This document shows positions 28,564 to 38,086 of a DNA stretch of 64,000 nucleotides, piece after piece; positions within the stretch are counted from its first letter, which is position 1; the number at the start of each line of letters is the position of its first letter. The notes below the pieces were generated by a model. It saw nothing but the letters and a program-made list of their open reading frames with translations. It was not told the DNA's origin and did no database searches. Where the stretch lies: positions 896,001 to 960,000 of the forward strand of contig OZ219816.1 of the NCBI GenBank assembly GCA_964291235.2, read 5' to 3'. The stretch comes from Vicinamibacteria bacterium. Lineage in GTDB: Bacteria > Acidobacteriota > Vicinamibacteria > Marinacidobacterales > Marinacidobacteraceae. The position numbers and the translations under genes were made by a program.

Positions 28564-28749
28564 GGAGCGCCGGCCTCTGGCCGGCATCGCGGCCGGAGGC
28601 CGCGAAACTCCCAGACTCAGTCAGCCTTGATGACGGCAACCCACGCGGGGACGGCGTAACGCCCGCGTGCCATTGCGCCGTACGGCTGAGGGGCGATGTG
28701 CGGTTTCGCTCCCTTTCGGGGAGCGATGCCGGCCAGAGGCCGGCGCTCC
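28564..28749. repeat. Inverted REP-like doublet (REPIN-like)
   Basis: GGAGCGCCGGCCTCTGGCCGGCATCGC (28564-28590) and its exact reverse complement (28723-28749). Confidence 0.8.
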
Positions 28750-28918
28750 GACGCTATGTCGGCGTAACGCCCCTGTGCCTGCGCCCCCCACCGGGAGAAC
28801 GGGCGCCAACCGAACTCGCTCGCGCGCTGACGCGCACCTCGGCGAGCAGCGAACGGAGTTCGCCGCCGTCAATCCCTACGCCGTGGGGCTGCGCCACCCC
28901 CTCCGCTACCCTGTCGCA

Positions 28919-30682
28919 GTGCCGGAAGAGCGCGGAACAAACCCCCGGGAAGCCTCCCGGCGACCTTCCCCCGCGAAGGAGGGGAGCGGGACGCCCGGAT
29001 CACGGGACGAACGACATCTCGCCCGGCGCGCCGGGTCGGTCAGCCTGGGTGTTGTCTTCTCGCGGCTCACCGGCCTGGTCCGGGAGCAGACGCTCGCCTT
29101 CCTGTTCCCGACCGCGCTACTCGACGCGTTCTACGCGGCGTACACCTTCCCCAACACGCTTCGGGAGATGCTCGCCGAGGGCGCGCTTTCGAAGGCGTTC
29201 GTCGCCACCTTCGCGGCCGTTGACCAGCAGGGCGGCAAGGACGCGGCGCACCGGCTCTTCGGGCGGGTCTTCCGGGTTCTCCTGCCGGTGAGCGTGTTGG
29301 TCACGGTGGCCGGAGTGGTTTTCGCGCCGCAGTTGGTGGACTTCGTGTTCTCCCGGGGGGCCTTTGACACTCCGCTTCCGGCGTCCCTGCGGTTTGGTGT
29401 CGAGACGCCGCGGGAATTGGCCGTCTGGCTCACCCGGGTGATGTTCCCGTTCATCGCCTGCGCGTCGCTGGCGTCGCTCTTCATGGGCGGGCTGCAGGCG
29501 CGGAACTCCTTTTTCCTGCCGGCGGTGGCCTCTTCCTTCTTCAACGTCACCACGATCGTCTTCGCGGTGGTGGGATTCGTGGCGGCGCCGCGCTGGGGGC
29601 TTCATCCGATGGCGGGACTCGCGCTTGGCGTTCCGCTCGGCGGTCTCGTCCAGCTCCTGGTGCAGTGGCGCTGGTTCCGCCGCGACGGCTATCGGGCGGT
29701 GGCCACCGGGGGGATCCGGGCCACGTTTGCCGATTCGGCCTTTCGGCGCGTGTGCCGTCTCTTTGCGCCGGCCGCCGGGGCGGCGGGGACGCTGCAGATC
29801 AACGTCATTATCTCAAGGCACTTCGCGTCGGCGGGAACCTCCTGGCTCGCCTGGTTCACCATGGCGTACCGGCTGGTCCAGCTTCCCGCGGGGCTCATCG
29901 GCGTTGCCCTGTCGAGCGCCACCCTTCCGGCCCTCACGCGCGCGGCGGGCCGCGAGGACCACGACGGTTTCGGCCGCGTGCTCGGGCAATCGGGACGCCT
30001 CATGCTGGTGCTGTCGTTCGCTGCCGGCGCCGGACTGATCGGAATCGCCGCTCCCTTTGTGTCGCTCATCTACGAGCGCGGAGCCTTCCGAGCCGAGGAT
30101 GCACACGAGGTCGCCCTCGTGCTTTCGATCTTCGCGCTGGGCCTGCCGGCGTTCGGGGCGACCAAACTGCTGTCGGACGCGTTCTTCGCGCTGGGAACCA
30201 CCCGGCCGCCACTCCTGGTCGCGGCGATCGGAACCGTGGCAACGTGGATCGCCACCCGGAGCTTCGTGATTGTCGCGGGATTCGATCACCTGGGACTGCC
30301 CCTCGCGACCGTTTCGGTGGCCTGGTTTTCCGCCGGGTTGCTGGCGGCGCTCCTGGCGCCGAGACTGGGCAGCGATTCAGCGGGCCGCTCTCGGGCGCGG
30401 GCACTTTTTTCGGAGGTGGCGGGAGCCGGCCTCCGCGCCGTGCCGGTAGCGGCCGTCACCGGTGCTGCGGCATGGCTGCTCGCCCGGTTTGCCGCTGACC
30501 GCCTCGGGCGCGGCGGCTGGGGCGATGCCGCCGCCACCGGTCTCGCCGTTCTGGGAGGCGGGATCGCGTTCTGGCTGGTGGCGCGCCTCCTGGTTCCCCG
30601 GGAATGGGAGCCGATCCGGGACGCCCTCCGGGCGCTCGGGGAGCGGTTCGGGCTCCGGGGCGAGCGCGGAGGACGGCGGTGA
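28919..30682 (+). CDS. murJ: Lipid II flippase MurJ
   Basis: SRLTGLVRE, FPNTLREMLAEGALSKAFV, RLVQLPAGLIGVAL, YERGAF; start uncertain (GTG 28919). Confidence 0.9.
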   Translation: MPEERGTNPREASRRPSPAKEGSGTPGSRDERHLARRAGSVSLGVVFSRLTGLVREQTLAFLFPTALLDAFYAAYTFPNTLREMLAEGALSKAFVATFAAVDQQGGKDAAHRLFGRVFRVLLPVSVLVTVAGVVFAPQLVDFVFSRGAFDTPLPASLRFGVETPRELAVWLTRVMFPFIACASLASLFMGGLQARNSFFLPAVASSFFNVTTIVFAVVGFVAAPRWGLHPMAGLALGVPLGGLVQLLVQWRWFRRDGYRAVATGGIRATFADSAFRRVCRLFAPAAGAAGTLQINVIISRHFASAGTSWLAWFTMAYRLVQLPAGLIGVALSSATLPALTRAAGREDHDGFGRVLGQSGRLMLVLSFAAGAGLIGIAAPFVSLIYERGAFRAEDAHEVALVLSIFALGLPAFGATKLLSDAFFALGTTRPPLLVAAIGTVATWIATRSFVIVAGFDHLGLPLATVSVAWFSAGLLAALLAPRLGSDSAGRSRARALFSEVAGAGLRAVPVAAVTGAAAWLLARFAADRLGRGGWGDAAATGLAVLGGGIAFWLVARLLVPREWEPIRDALRALGERFGLRGERGGRR

Positions 30683-31653
30683 GCGGCGCCGGGCGGAGCC
30701 CACGACCGGCACCGGATGGGCCGGAGCACGTCCGGACGCCGGATCCACTGGTGGAGGAGTTCCTGAACTATCTCCGGGTGGAACGCCGGCTCTCCGAGAA
30801 CACCCTGGACGCCTACCGCCGCGATCTCGCCAAATTGGAGGACTTCCGCGGCAAGCGACCGCTCACCGAAATCGGCGCCGCGGATCTGCAACGCTTTCTG
30901 ACCCACCTGCATCGCCGCGGCCTCTCGTTCCGCTCGATACAGCGCATCACCTCCGCGGTTCGCGGCGCCTACGGATTCTGGGTGGCGAGCGGCGTCATCG
31001 AGCGCGATCCAACCGAGGGGATCACCGTGGCGCGAGCCCTGCCGGGGCTCCCGCGCTACCTGTCGCCCGACGAGGTCGAAAGGCTGCTCGCCGCGCCCGA
31101 CGACTCGCCGCTCGGCCTGCGGGATCGGGCGATGCTCGAAATGCTCTACGCGACCGGCCTCCGGGTGTCGGAACTCGTGCGGTTGCGAGTTGCCGATGTC
31201 GTTCCCGCCCGGGAAGAGGCGCCGGGCTACGTGACCGTGATCGGCAAGGGAGACAAGGCGCGCATCGTTCCTTACGGGGATGTCGCCGCCGCCAGCCTGG
31301 CATCGTGGATGCGGGAAGGCCGGCCCCGGGTACTGGGGCAGGGGACTCGCGAGACCGGCGCGTCCTGGCTTTTTGTGACGGCCCGGGGAGGAAACATGAC
31401 CCGGCAGCGGTTCTGGCAGATCGTGAAGACCCGGGGAGAGCAGGCGGGGATACCCCGCCGTTTTTCGCCGCACGTCCTCCGCCATTCGTTCGCGACGCAC
31501 CTGCTCGAGCGGGGCGCCGATCTCAGAAGCCTGCAACAGATGCTCGGCCATTCCTCGATTTCCACCACCCAGATCTACACCCATGTGACCGAGGAGCGGT
31601 TGCGCCGTGTGTACGACCAGCATCATCCGCGCGCCCGGCGCGGTGATTCCTGA
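30679..31653 (+). CDS. xerD: Site-specific tyrosine recombinase XerD
   Basis: LSENTLDAYRRDL, LYATGLRVSEL, GKGDK.R, SPHVLRHSFATHLL, LGH, TTQIYTHV. Confidence 0.92.
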   Translation: MSGAGRSPRPAPDGPEHVRTPDPLVEEFLNYLRVERRLSENTLDAYRRDLAKLEDFRGKRPLTEIGAADLQRFLTHLHRRGLSFRSIQRITSAVRGAYGFWVASGVIERDPTEGITVARALPGLPRYLSPDEVERLLAAPDDSPLGLRDRAMLEMLYATGLRVSELVRLRVADVVPAREEAPGYVTVIGKGDKARIVPYGDVAAASLASWMREGRPRVLGQGTRETGASWLFVTARGGNMTRQRFWQIVKTRGEQAGIPRRFSPHVLRHSFATHLLERGADLRSLQQMLGHSSISTTQIYTHVTEERLRRVYDQHHPRARRGDS

Positions 31654-31665
31654 GTCTCTCGGGTT

Positions 31666-32286
31666 ATGGGCGGTGACGCCGGATTCCCCGCCTCGGAGGT
31701 CTTGTCGAACCGGCAGGTCAGGGAGGTAGGGCGGCTGGCCGCGGAGATACGGGCGGGGAGGGTGGTGGCTTTTCCGACCGAGACCTTCTACGCCCTGGGC
31801 GCCGATCCCCGATGTCCCGAGGCGGTGGCGGAGGTGTTCCGCCTCAAGGGCCGTCCGGGGGACCGCCGGCTGCCCTGGATCGCCGCCAGCCGGACGCAGG
31901 TGGAAGCGGTCTGCCGCCTGTCCGCCAGGACGGCCGCCTTTGTTGAGCGCTACTGGCCGGGTCCCGTCACGCTGGTGCTCCCGCTTCGTGACCCGCCCGG
32001 GGAAGGGGTGGCGGTTCGGGTGAGCTCCCATCCGCTGGCGCAGGCCCTTGCCGACGCGGTGGGCCACCCGGTGATCTCGACGAGCGCCAATCCAAGCGGC
32101 GCCCCGCCGCTCACCACCGCGCAGGCGGTTCGTGAGGTCTTCACCGCGCAAAGGGGGGAGAACCTCCGGATCCTGGATGGAGGCCGGACCCCGGGCGGCC
32201 AGCCCTCCACCATCGTCGATCTGACCGGCGAGGCGCCCCGGGTCCTCCGAGGAACGCTCCGCCCCCCGCTGGAGTCATCGGGATAA
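31666..32286 (+). CDS. tsaC: L-threonylcarbamoyladenylate synthase (TsaC/Sua5)
   Basis: VAFPTETFYAL, KGR, WPGPVT, STSANPSG, PSTIVD. Confidence 0.92.
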   Translation: MGGDAGFPASEVLSNRQVREVGRLAAEIRAGRVVAFPTETFYALGADPRCPEAVAEVFRLKGRPGDRRLPWIAASRTQVEAVCRLSARTAAFVERYWPGPVTLVLPLRDPPGEGVAVRVSSHPLAQALADAVGHPVISTSANPSGAPPLTTAQAVREVFTAQRGENLRILDGGRTPGGQPSTIVDLTGEAPRVLRGTLRPPLESSG

Positions 32287-32290
32287 CGAA

Positions 32291-32322
32291 GGAGCGCCGG
32301 CCTCTGGCCGGCATCGCGGCCG
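32291..32322. repeat. REP-like palindrome
   Basis: 32 bp identical to 28564-28595, between convergent genes. Confidence 0.78.
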
Positions 32323-32326
32323 CAGG

Positions 32327-33238
32327 CTAGTCCCCCGAGGGGCTGTCGGTGGCTCCAAACCGCCGGACGAAGTCCTGTTGTTCCGGCGTGAGGTCTTTGG
32401 GGACGGTGATCCGGACCCGAGCGACCAGGTCGCCACGATCCCCGCCGGGGCGGGGCATTCCGCGGCCCGGAACGCGGAGCGCCGCACCGCCGGATATCCC
32501 GGCGGGAACGCGTATGCGCACCGGTTCGCCGAGGGTGGGAACCTCGACTTCGCCCCCGAGGGCGGCGGTGGCGAAACGAATCGCGATCTCCACTTCGAGG
32601 TTGTCCCCGTCGCGCCGAAACTGCGGGTGCTCCGCGACGCGCACCACGATCATCGAATCCCCGTCCGGGGTCCGGACCTTCAGCCGCGCCCCATCCCGGA
32701 CCCCGGCGGGGATGCGGACCCGGTACGACCCGCCCTGACTCGTGTGGAGCTGACGAAGCGCCCCCCGGTATGCCTCATCGAGACTGATCTCCACGGCGCC
32801 TGACCGCCCGCCTGCTCCCGCGGCCGGCCCGGGTGGGCGGTAGCGGGAGGAGGGCGGCCAGCCGGATGTCCGGCGCGCGCCCTCCAGCGGGCCGAAAGGC
32901 GAGTCCGGGCCGAACAGATGCAGGAAGAAACTCGAGAAATCACCGAAGGCCTGCGGGTCGGGTCGCGCCCCGCGGCCGGCTCCGGTGGGCCGCGCCCGGG
33001 AACCACCCAGCTGGCGAGCCCAGTCGGGCCCCAATTGGTCATACCGCCGGCGCCGTTCCGGATCCGAGAGCACCTCGTATGCCTCTCCGATCTCCTTGAA
33101 CCGGTCCGCGGCTTCGCGGTCTCCGGGATTCAGGTCGGGGTGATGTTTGCGTGCGAGTCGGCGGTACGCCTGTTTGATCGCGGTGGCGTCGGCCTGTTTT
33201 CCAACTCCCAGGACGGCGTAGTAGTCGCGGTACTTCAA
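32327..33238 (-). CDS. DnaJ-class chaperone lacking zinc finger (CbpA-like)
   Basis: J domain with HPD; C-terminal DnaJ domain (AALGGEVEVPTL, GDL); no CxxCxGxG repeats. Confidence 0.9.
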   Translation of the reverse strand: MKYRDYYAVLGVGKQADATAIKQAYRRLARKHHPDLNPGDREAADRFKEIGEAYEVLSDPERRRRYDQLGPDWARQLGGSRARPTGAGRGARPDPQAFGDFSSFFLHLFGPDSPFGPLEGARRTSGWPPSSRYRPPGPAAGAGGRSGAVEISLDEAYRGALRQLHTSQGGSYRVRIPAGVRDGARLKVRTPDGDSMIVVRVAEHPQFRRDGDNLEVEIAIRFATAALGGEVEVPTLGEPVRIRVPAGISGGAALRVPGRGMPRPGGDRGDLVARVRITVPKDLTPEQQDFVRRFGATDSPSGD

Positions 33239-33279
33239 CGGGAGTCCGGCGCAGCGGGGCAGCCGCCGGAAAGGCGGCG

Positions 33280-35751
33280 CTATTGCATCGGCAGTCGATC
33301 GGGCGCCGGCCCCGCAGCGATCGTCGGGGCAGGGGCAAGGTCGGGGAAGATGATCGGGAGCGTTTCCTCCAGGCTGGAGACGAGGTGGATCTGCAGTGCA
33401 TCCCGGACTTCGTCCGGGACATCTTCGATCAGGGCGCCCTCATTCAGCCGGGGCAAGATCACTTCCCGGATGCCGTAGCGATGGGCGGCGAGCAGTTTTT
33501 CCTTGATCCCGCCGACCGGGAGCACGTGACCGGTCAGGGTGATTTCGCCGGTCATGGCGAGTTCGGGACGACACACGGTGTCGGTGAGGACCGAAACCAG
33601 GGCCGCCACCAGCGTGATTCCCGCGGAGGGCCCATCCTTGGGGGTGGAACCTTCCGGCACGTGGAAATGGATGTCCGACTTCCGGTAGAACCCGGTCTGG
33701 ATACCGAAGGCCGCCCCGTGCTGCCTCACCCAGGAGAGCGCGGCGGTCGCCGACTCCTTCATGACGTCGCCGAGCTGACCGGTCATCGTCAGCCGGGTGC
33801 TGCCCCTCATGCGGGACGCCTCCGCGAAGAGGATGTCTCCTCCCACGGGCGTCCAGGCGAGTCCCACGGCCACTCCCGGCACGCTGACGCGTTCCACGAG
33901 TTCCCGTGAGAGGGAGGTCGGTGCGCCCAGGAGTTCACTTACCACTTCGGGGGTCACCTGGAGTGGACCTTCCTCTCCCTCGGCGAGTTTCCGGACCGCC
34001 TTCCGGCAGATCTTCGCGATGGACCGTTCCATGTTCCGGAGGCCCGCCTCCCGGGTGTAGTCCCGGATGATGAGGGCGAGCGATTCCCGCTCGAACACCG
34101 GCTGGTCGGCTTCTTCGTCGAGTCCGTGGTTCTCCAACTGACGCGGAATGAGGTGGCGGGTTGCGATCTGGATCTTTTCTTCCTCGGTGTAGCCCTGCAG
34201 GTGGAGGATCTCCATCCGGTCCTTGAGGGCGGGCGGCACCGGATCCATCATGTTCGCGGTCGCGATGAAGAGGACATCGGAGAGGTCGAACGCCAGATCG
34301 AGGTAGTGGTCCCGGAAGGTGTCGTTCTGCTCGGGATCGAGAACCTCGAGGAGCGCCGAACTTGGGTCGCCGCGGAAGTCCATTCCGAGCTTGTCCACCT
34401 CGTCCAGCATGAAGACGGGGTTGCGGGTGCCGGCTCGTACCAGGCCCTGAATGATCTGCCCCGGCAGCGCTCCGATGTAGGTCCGCCGATGTCCGCGGAT
34501 TTCGGCCTCGTCGCGGATTCCGCCGAGGCTGAGGCGGACGAATTCGCGCCCGACCGCCTTCGCGATGGACCGGCCGAGGCTCGTCTTGCCGACGCCCGGC
34601 GGTCCCGCAAAGCAGAGGATGGGGCCCTTCTGGTCCGGTTTTCTCTCCCGCACCGCCAGGAATTCCAGGATGCGGTCCTTGACCTTCTCAAGATCGTAGT
34701 GGTCGGCTTCCAGAATGTCCTTGGCGCGCGGAATGTCGTACTTGTCTTCGGTCCGCTTGTCCCACGGAACCCGGACGAGCCAATCCAGGTACGTCCGCCC
34801 CACGGTGTATTCCGCGGACGCGGGGGGGATCCGGCCGAGTCGCCGGAACTCACGCAGGGCTTCTTTCTCCGCCTCCTCGGGCATTCCGGCCTTCTCGATC
34901 TTCTCCCGGAGTTCGTCCATCTCCTTCGTGGAGTCGTCCCCCTCGCCCAGCTCCTTCTGGATCGCCTTCATCTGCTCGCGCAAGAAGAACTCGCGCTGCG
35001 TCCGGCCGACTTCGCTCTTCACCTTGGACTCGATGCTGCGCCCGAGATCCCGCACCTGCTTTTCGCGCAGGATCGCTGCGTAGGCGAGTCCCAGCCGATC
35101 CTCGATGGACAGCGTCTGGAGGATCTCCTGCCGCATCTCGGTGTTGAGACTCGGCAGTTGCTCGGCGACGAAATCGGCCAACTGGCCGGCGCTACCGACG
35201 CGGGCAAGCTGCGTCTTCATGACTTCCCGGGCGCGGGAGAAGAGATCGGTCTTGATCATCTCCTGAAGCTCTTCGCGGATCTTCCGGGTCAGCGCTTCGA
35301 ACTCCACCGTCTTGTTCGCGCCCACCGTTCCATCCAGGACCCGGATGTCGGCGCGGACGTAGGGCTCCGTCTGCACGATCCTTTCGACCCGGAACCGGAA
35401 GCTGCCCCGAATCACGATTCGCACCGTGCCTTCCCGCATCCGCACCTGCTTTTCGAGGCGCGCCGCGGTGCCCACCCGGTAGAGGTCGTCCTCGCCGGGG
35501 TGTTCCACCTCTTCGTCCTTCTGGGTGAGAACGGCGAGCATGACCTTTCCGGTCCCCGACGGATCGGCCTCGGCCGCCTCGCGCGTCGCATCGCGCAGCA
35601 TCTGGATCGTGCTCTTGCGCCCGACGGAGAGCGGCAGGAAGGAATGCGGGAACACCACGATGTCCTTGAGCGGCAGGACCGGCACCATGCGGTGCACCTG
35701 GCCCTGTGGCGAACCTGAGTCGGTTGCGGCGCCTATCACCGGATCGGACAT
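33280..35751 (-). CDS. lon: ATP-dependent protease La
   Basis: LON N domain (PVLPLKDIVVFP), GPPGVGKT, LDEVDK, PKDGPSAG, GGIKEK. Confidence 0.96.
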   Translation of the reverse strand: MSDPVIGAATDSGSPQGQVHRMVPVLPLKDIVVFPHSFLPLSVGRKSTIQMLRDATREAAEADPSGTGKVMLAVLTQKDEEVEHPGEDDLYRVGTAARLEKQVRMREGTVRIVIRGSFRFRVERIVQTEPYVRADIRVLDGTVGANKTVEFEALTRKIREELQEMIKTDLFSRAREVMKTQLARVGSAGQLADFVAEQLPSLNTEMRQEILQTLSIEDRLGLAYAAILREKQVRDLGRSIESKVKSEVGRTQREFFLREQMKAIQKELGEGDDSTKEMDELREKIEKAGMPEEAEKEALREFRRLGRIPPASAEYTVGRTYLDWLVRVPWDKRTEDKYDIPRAKDILEADHYDLEKVKDRILEFLAVRERKPDQKGPILCFAGPPGVGKTSLGRSIAKAVGREFVRLSLGGIRDEAEIRGHRRTYIGALPGQIIQGLVRAGTRNPVFMLDEVDKLGMDFRGDPSSALLEVLDPEQNDTFRDHYLDLAFDLSDVLFIATANMMDPVPPALKDRMEILHLQGYTEEEKIQIATRHLIPRQLENHGLDEEADQPVFERESLALIIRDYTREAGLRNMERSIAKICRKAVRKLAEGEEGPLQVTPEVVSELLGAPTSLSRELVERVSVPGVAVGLAWTPVGGDILFAEASRMRGSTRLTMTGQLGDVMKESATAALSWVRQHGAAFGIQTGFYRKSDIHFHVPEGSTPKDGPSAGITLVAALVSVLTDTVCRPELAMTGEITLTGHVLPVGGIKEKLLAAHRYGIREVILPRLNEGALIEDVPDEVRDALQIHLVSSLEETLPIIFPDLAPAPTIAAGPAPDRLPMQ

Positions 35752-35889
35752 CGGAGCTTGCCTCCCTCGAATGCAGCGGGTGGGCGGCCGGAGCCACCAC
35801 CCGGAGAGCACGTCCCGGCTTGCACCGGAACGCTCCATGAGCCTAGCACAGGGTACCCGTTGTTGCGCGATACCTTGTCAAGATAGGAA

Positions 35890-35902
35890 TAAGTCATTGA
35901 TA
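35890..35902 (-). promoter_or_regulatory. IHF-consensus site in the AT-rich region upstream of lon
   Basis: TATCAA-TGAC-TTA fits WATCAANNNNTTR. Confidence 0.45.
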
Positions 35903-35965
35903 ACACATGCACTAGATCAAGCCGGAATGTCGCATAAAGCTTAGTCAATCGTTGTTAGGTTCCGA

Positions 35966-36418
35966 TCAGCCGAAGGTCACTTCATCCGGGAGCTCGTTCA
36001 CGTCGTCGGGCTGAATCGGAAAGTGCAAGGAGAGGAAGCCCCCGATGCGGCGGATGCCGTGTTCGAGGCCATCTCCGATGCCGTTTTCGCGGATATGGCT
36101 CGTGATTTCAACCGCGATGTCCTCCCATGACTCCTCACCGACCTTGTCGTTGATCGCCCGGTCGGCCACGATTTCGAACCGGTGCGACCGGACCGCGAGG
36201 AACAGCAGCACTCCGGAGCCGTCCTTCGTGCGGTCCACGCCCAGCCGGAAGAACTCGCGGATGGCGCGCTTCCGCGCGTTTTCCAGCGGCAGGAGCCGGG
36301 AGACGATGTGGACCCGCAGTTCGCCGGCAGTCCCCCGCTCCGCTTCGCCGATGGCGGCGGCGATGCGGTCGAGATCCTCTTCGGACAGTTGCGAGCGGAG
36401 GCGCTTGGGAACGCGCAT
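35966..36418 (-). CDS. TPM domain protein (short)
   Basis: IAAAIGEAERGTAGELRVH, GVLLFLA...EIVADRAI, DVNELPD. Confidence 0.85.
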   Translation of the reverse strand: MRVPKRLRSQLSEEDLDRIAAAIGEAERGTAGELRVHIVSRLLPLENARKRAIREFFRLGVDRTKDGSGVLLFLAVRSHRFEIVADRAINDKVGEESWEDIAVEITSHIRENGIGDGLEHGIRRIGGFLSLHFPIQPDDVNELPDEVTFG

Positions 36419-36437
36419 GAGGTGTCTTCGCCTTTCC

Positions 36438-37358
36438 TTACCAGCTCCCGCTGGCGCCGCCTCCACCGAAACCGCCGCCGCCACCGACGAAGCCGCCAAA
36501 GCCACCGCCGCCGAAGCCGCCGCGGAATCCCGAAGATCCGAGGAGCATTCCTCCGCCACCCGGAACGCCCCCGTAACCCCAGGCGCCGGTTCTGCCGGCG
36601 GTAGCCCGGGTAAACGCAGTGGCGCCGAAGCCGGAGAGGAGGCCGAGCGGGACGAGCCAGAAGAGAGATCCGGCTCCGATGAGCAGGATGCCCAGCAGCG
36701 CCCCGATTCCGCCTCCGGCCGCGGCGGCCCCGGCGGGGTGGAAGGCGTTGCCGAGGTAGCCGAGGAACTGGAAGAGCAGGAGAATCCCCACCAGCACCAG
36801 GGTCGAGACTCCCCGGCGGCCCGGGCGCCGGGCTCGGGGATTCATCGGATTGGCGGCCGCCTGGTACTCACCGCGAGCCGCCTGCGCGAGTGCTGTCGCG
36901 GTGGCGCCGAAACCGCCCGCGAAATCACCGGCGGCGAGCCGCGGAGCGAGTTCGTCGCGGAGGATCCGTCCGGCCAGCCCGTCGGGAATCACCGCCTCCA
37001 GCCCGTAGCCGACCTCGATGCGCGCCCGGCGATCCTCCCGGGAAACCACGATGAGCGCGCCGTTGTCGGTCTCCGCCTGTCCGATTCCCCACGCCTCCGC
37101 GAGACGCAGGCTGAAGTCTTCGATGGCCCCCTCGATCCGCGGTACGGTGGCCACCACGAGTTGCACTGACGTCTCGGATTCGAGGCGCGCCAGAAACTCC
37201 TCGAGCTGGGCTTCTTCGGCGGGCGACAGGAAATCCGCTTCGTCCACCACCCAACCCGCTCGCTCCGGCAGGGGCGTCTCCTGTGCCGGTGCCGTCACCG
37301 CCGCAACAAGACAGATCCCGGCCGCTGCCAGAGCGCGGGGGACGAATTTGTGGATCAA
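36438..37358 (-). CDS. TPM domain protein (YgcG-like)
   Basis: VVDEADFL, WGIG...DNGALI, RIEVGYGLE, Gly-rich tail GGGGASGSW. Confidence 0.9.
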   Translation of the reverse strand: MIHKFVPRALAAAGICLVAAVTAPAQETPLPERAGWVVDEADFLSPAEEAQLEEFLARLESETSVQLVVATVPRIEGAIEDFSLRLAEAWGIGQAETDNGALIVVSREDRRARIEVGYGLEAVIPDGLAGRILRDELAPRLAAGDFAGGFGATATALAQAARGEYQAAANPMNPRARRPGRRGVSTLVLVGILLLFQFLGYLGNAFHPAGAAAAGGGIGALLGILLIGAGSLFWLVPLGLLSGFGATAFTRATAGRTGAWGYGGVPGGGGMLLGSSGFRGGFGGGGFGGFVGGGGGFGGGGASGSW

Positions 37359-37972
37359 CGGGTGAAGTCCACCTCAGGCGCGGTCTCGGCCCCCTCTTCA
37401 GCCTCGAAGTAGGCGGCTTCTCCAAAATCGAACCATCCGGCGATCATCTGGGTGAAGAACCCGCGTCGGCGGGTGTTGTACGCCTGCGCGGCTTCGTTGA
37501 AGCGCCGCCGTTCGACGGCAATCCGGTTTTCGGTGCCCGCCAGTTCGTCCTGCAAGCTCAGAAAGTTCTGGTTCGCCTTGATGTCCGGGTAGCGCTCGAC
37601 GACGACCATCAAGCGGGAGAGGGCGCTCGATAGCGCACCCTGAGCGGCCTCGAAACGGGCGAGGGCCTGCGGGTTTTGCAGGTCGTTCGCCGACACCTGG
37701 ACGCCGGTAGCCCGGGATCTGGCGGAAATGACGGCTTCCAGGGTTTCCCGTTCGAAATCGGCTGCGCCCTGCACCGTCGCGACCAGGTTCGGCACCAGGT
37801 CCGCGCGCCGCTGATAGACGTTTTCCACCTGTGACCAACCGGCGGCCACCCCCTCGTCGAGAGTGACGAGGCTGTTGTAGGTGGAGCGAAGCCCGAAGAA
37901 GAGGATGATGGCTCCAAGCAAGAGCGCGGCGAGGGCCGCGCCGCAGCCGAGGAGAGCGAGTTTCTTGTTCAT
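37355..37972 (-). CDS. lemA: LemA family protein
   Basis: YQRRADLVPNLV, ERYPDIKANQNF, GTENRIAVERRRFN. Confidence 0.93.
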   Translation of the reverse strand: MNKKLALLGCGAALAALLLGAIILFFGLRSTYNSLVTLDEGVAAGWSQVENVYQRRADLVPNLVATVQGAADFERETLEAVISARSRATGVQVSANDLQNPQALARFEAAQGALSSALSRLMVVVERYPDIKANQNFLSLQDELAGTENRIAVERRRFNEAAQAYNTRRRGFFTQMIAGWFDFGEAAYFEAEEGAETAPEVDFTR

Positions 37973-38086
37973 GAAGCGATTGGATCGGAGAAGGGTAGGA
38001 GGACCGGGTCCACGGGTTGCCTGCGGCCTCCATCCGGAAGCATAGGAGAAGCGGCGGCGCCTCGGTCCGGCTGCGGGCGGGACCGA

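Noticed and set aside
30679-31653. Possible prophage or island integrase
   Set aside because: Canonical XerD sequence in housekeeping murJ-xerD-tsaC context; no phage genes or att sites.
35752-35965. CIRCE/HAIR heat-shock operator or riboswitch upstream of lon
   Set aside because: Only a weak TTGAT-N14-ATCAA inverted repeat; no match to CIRCE or HAIR consensus or a recognisable riboswitch core.
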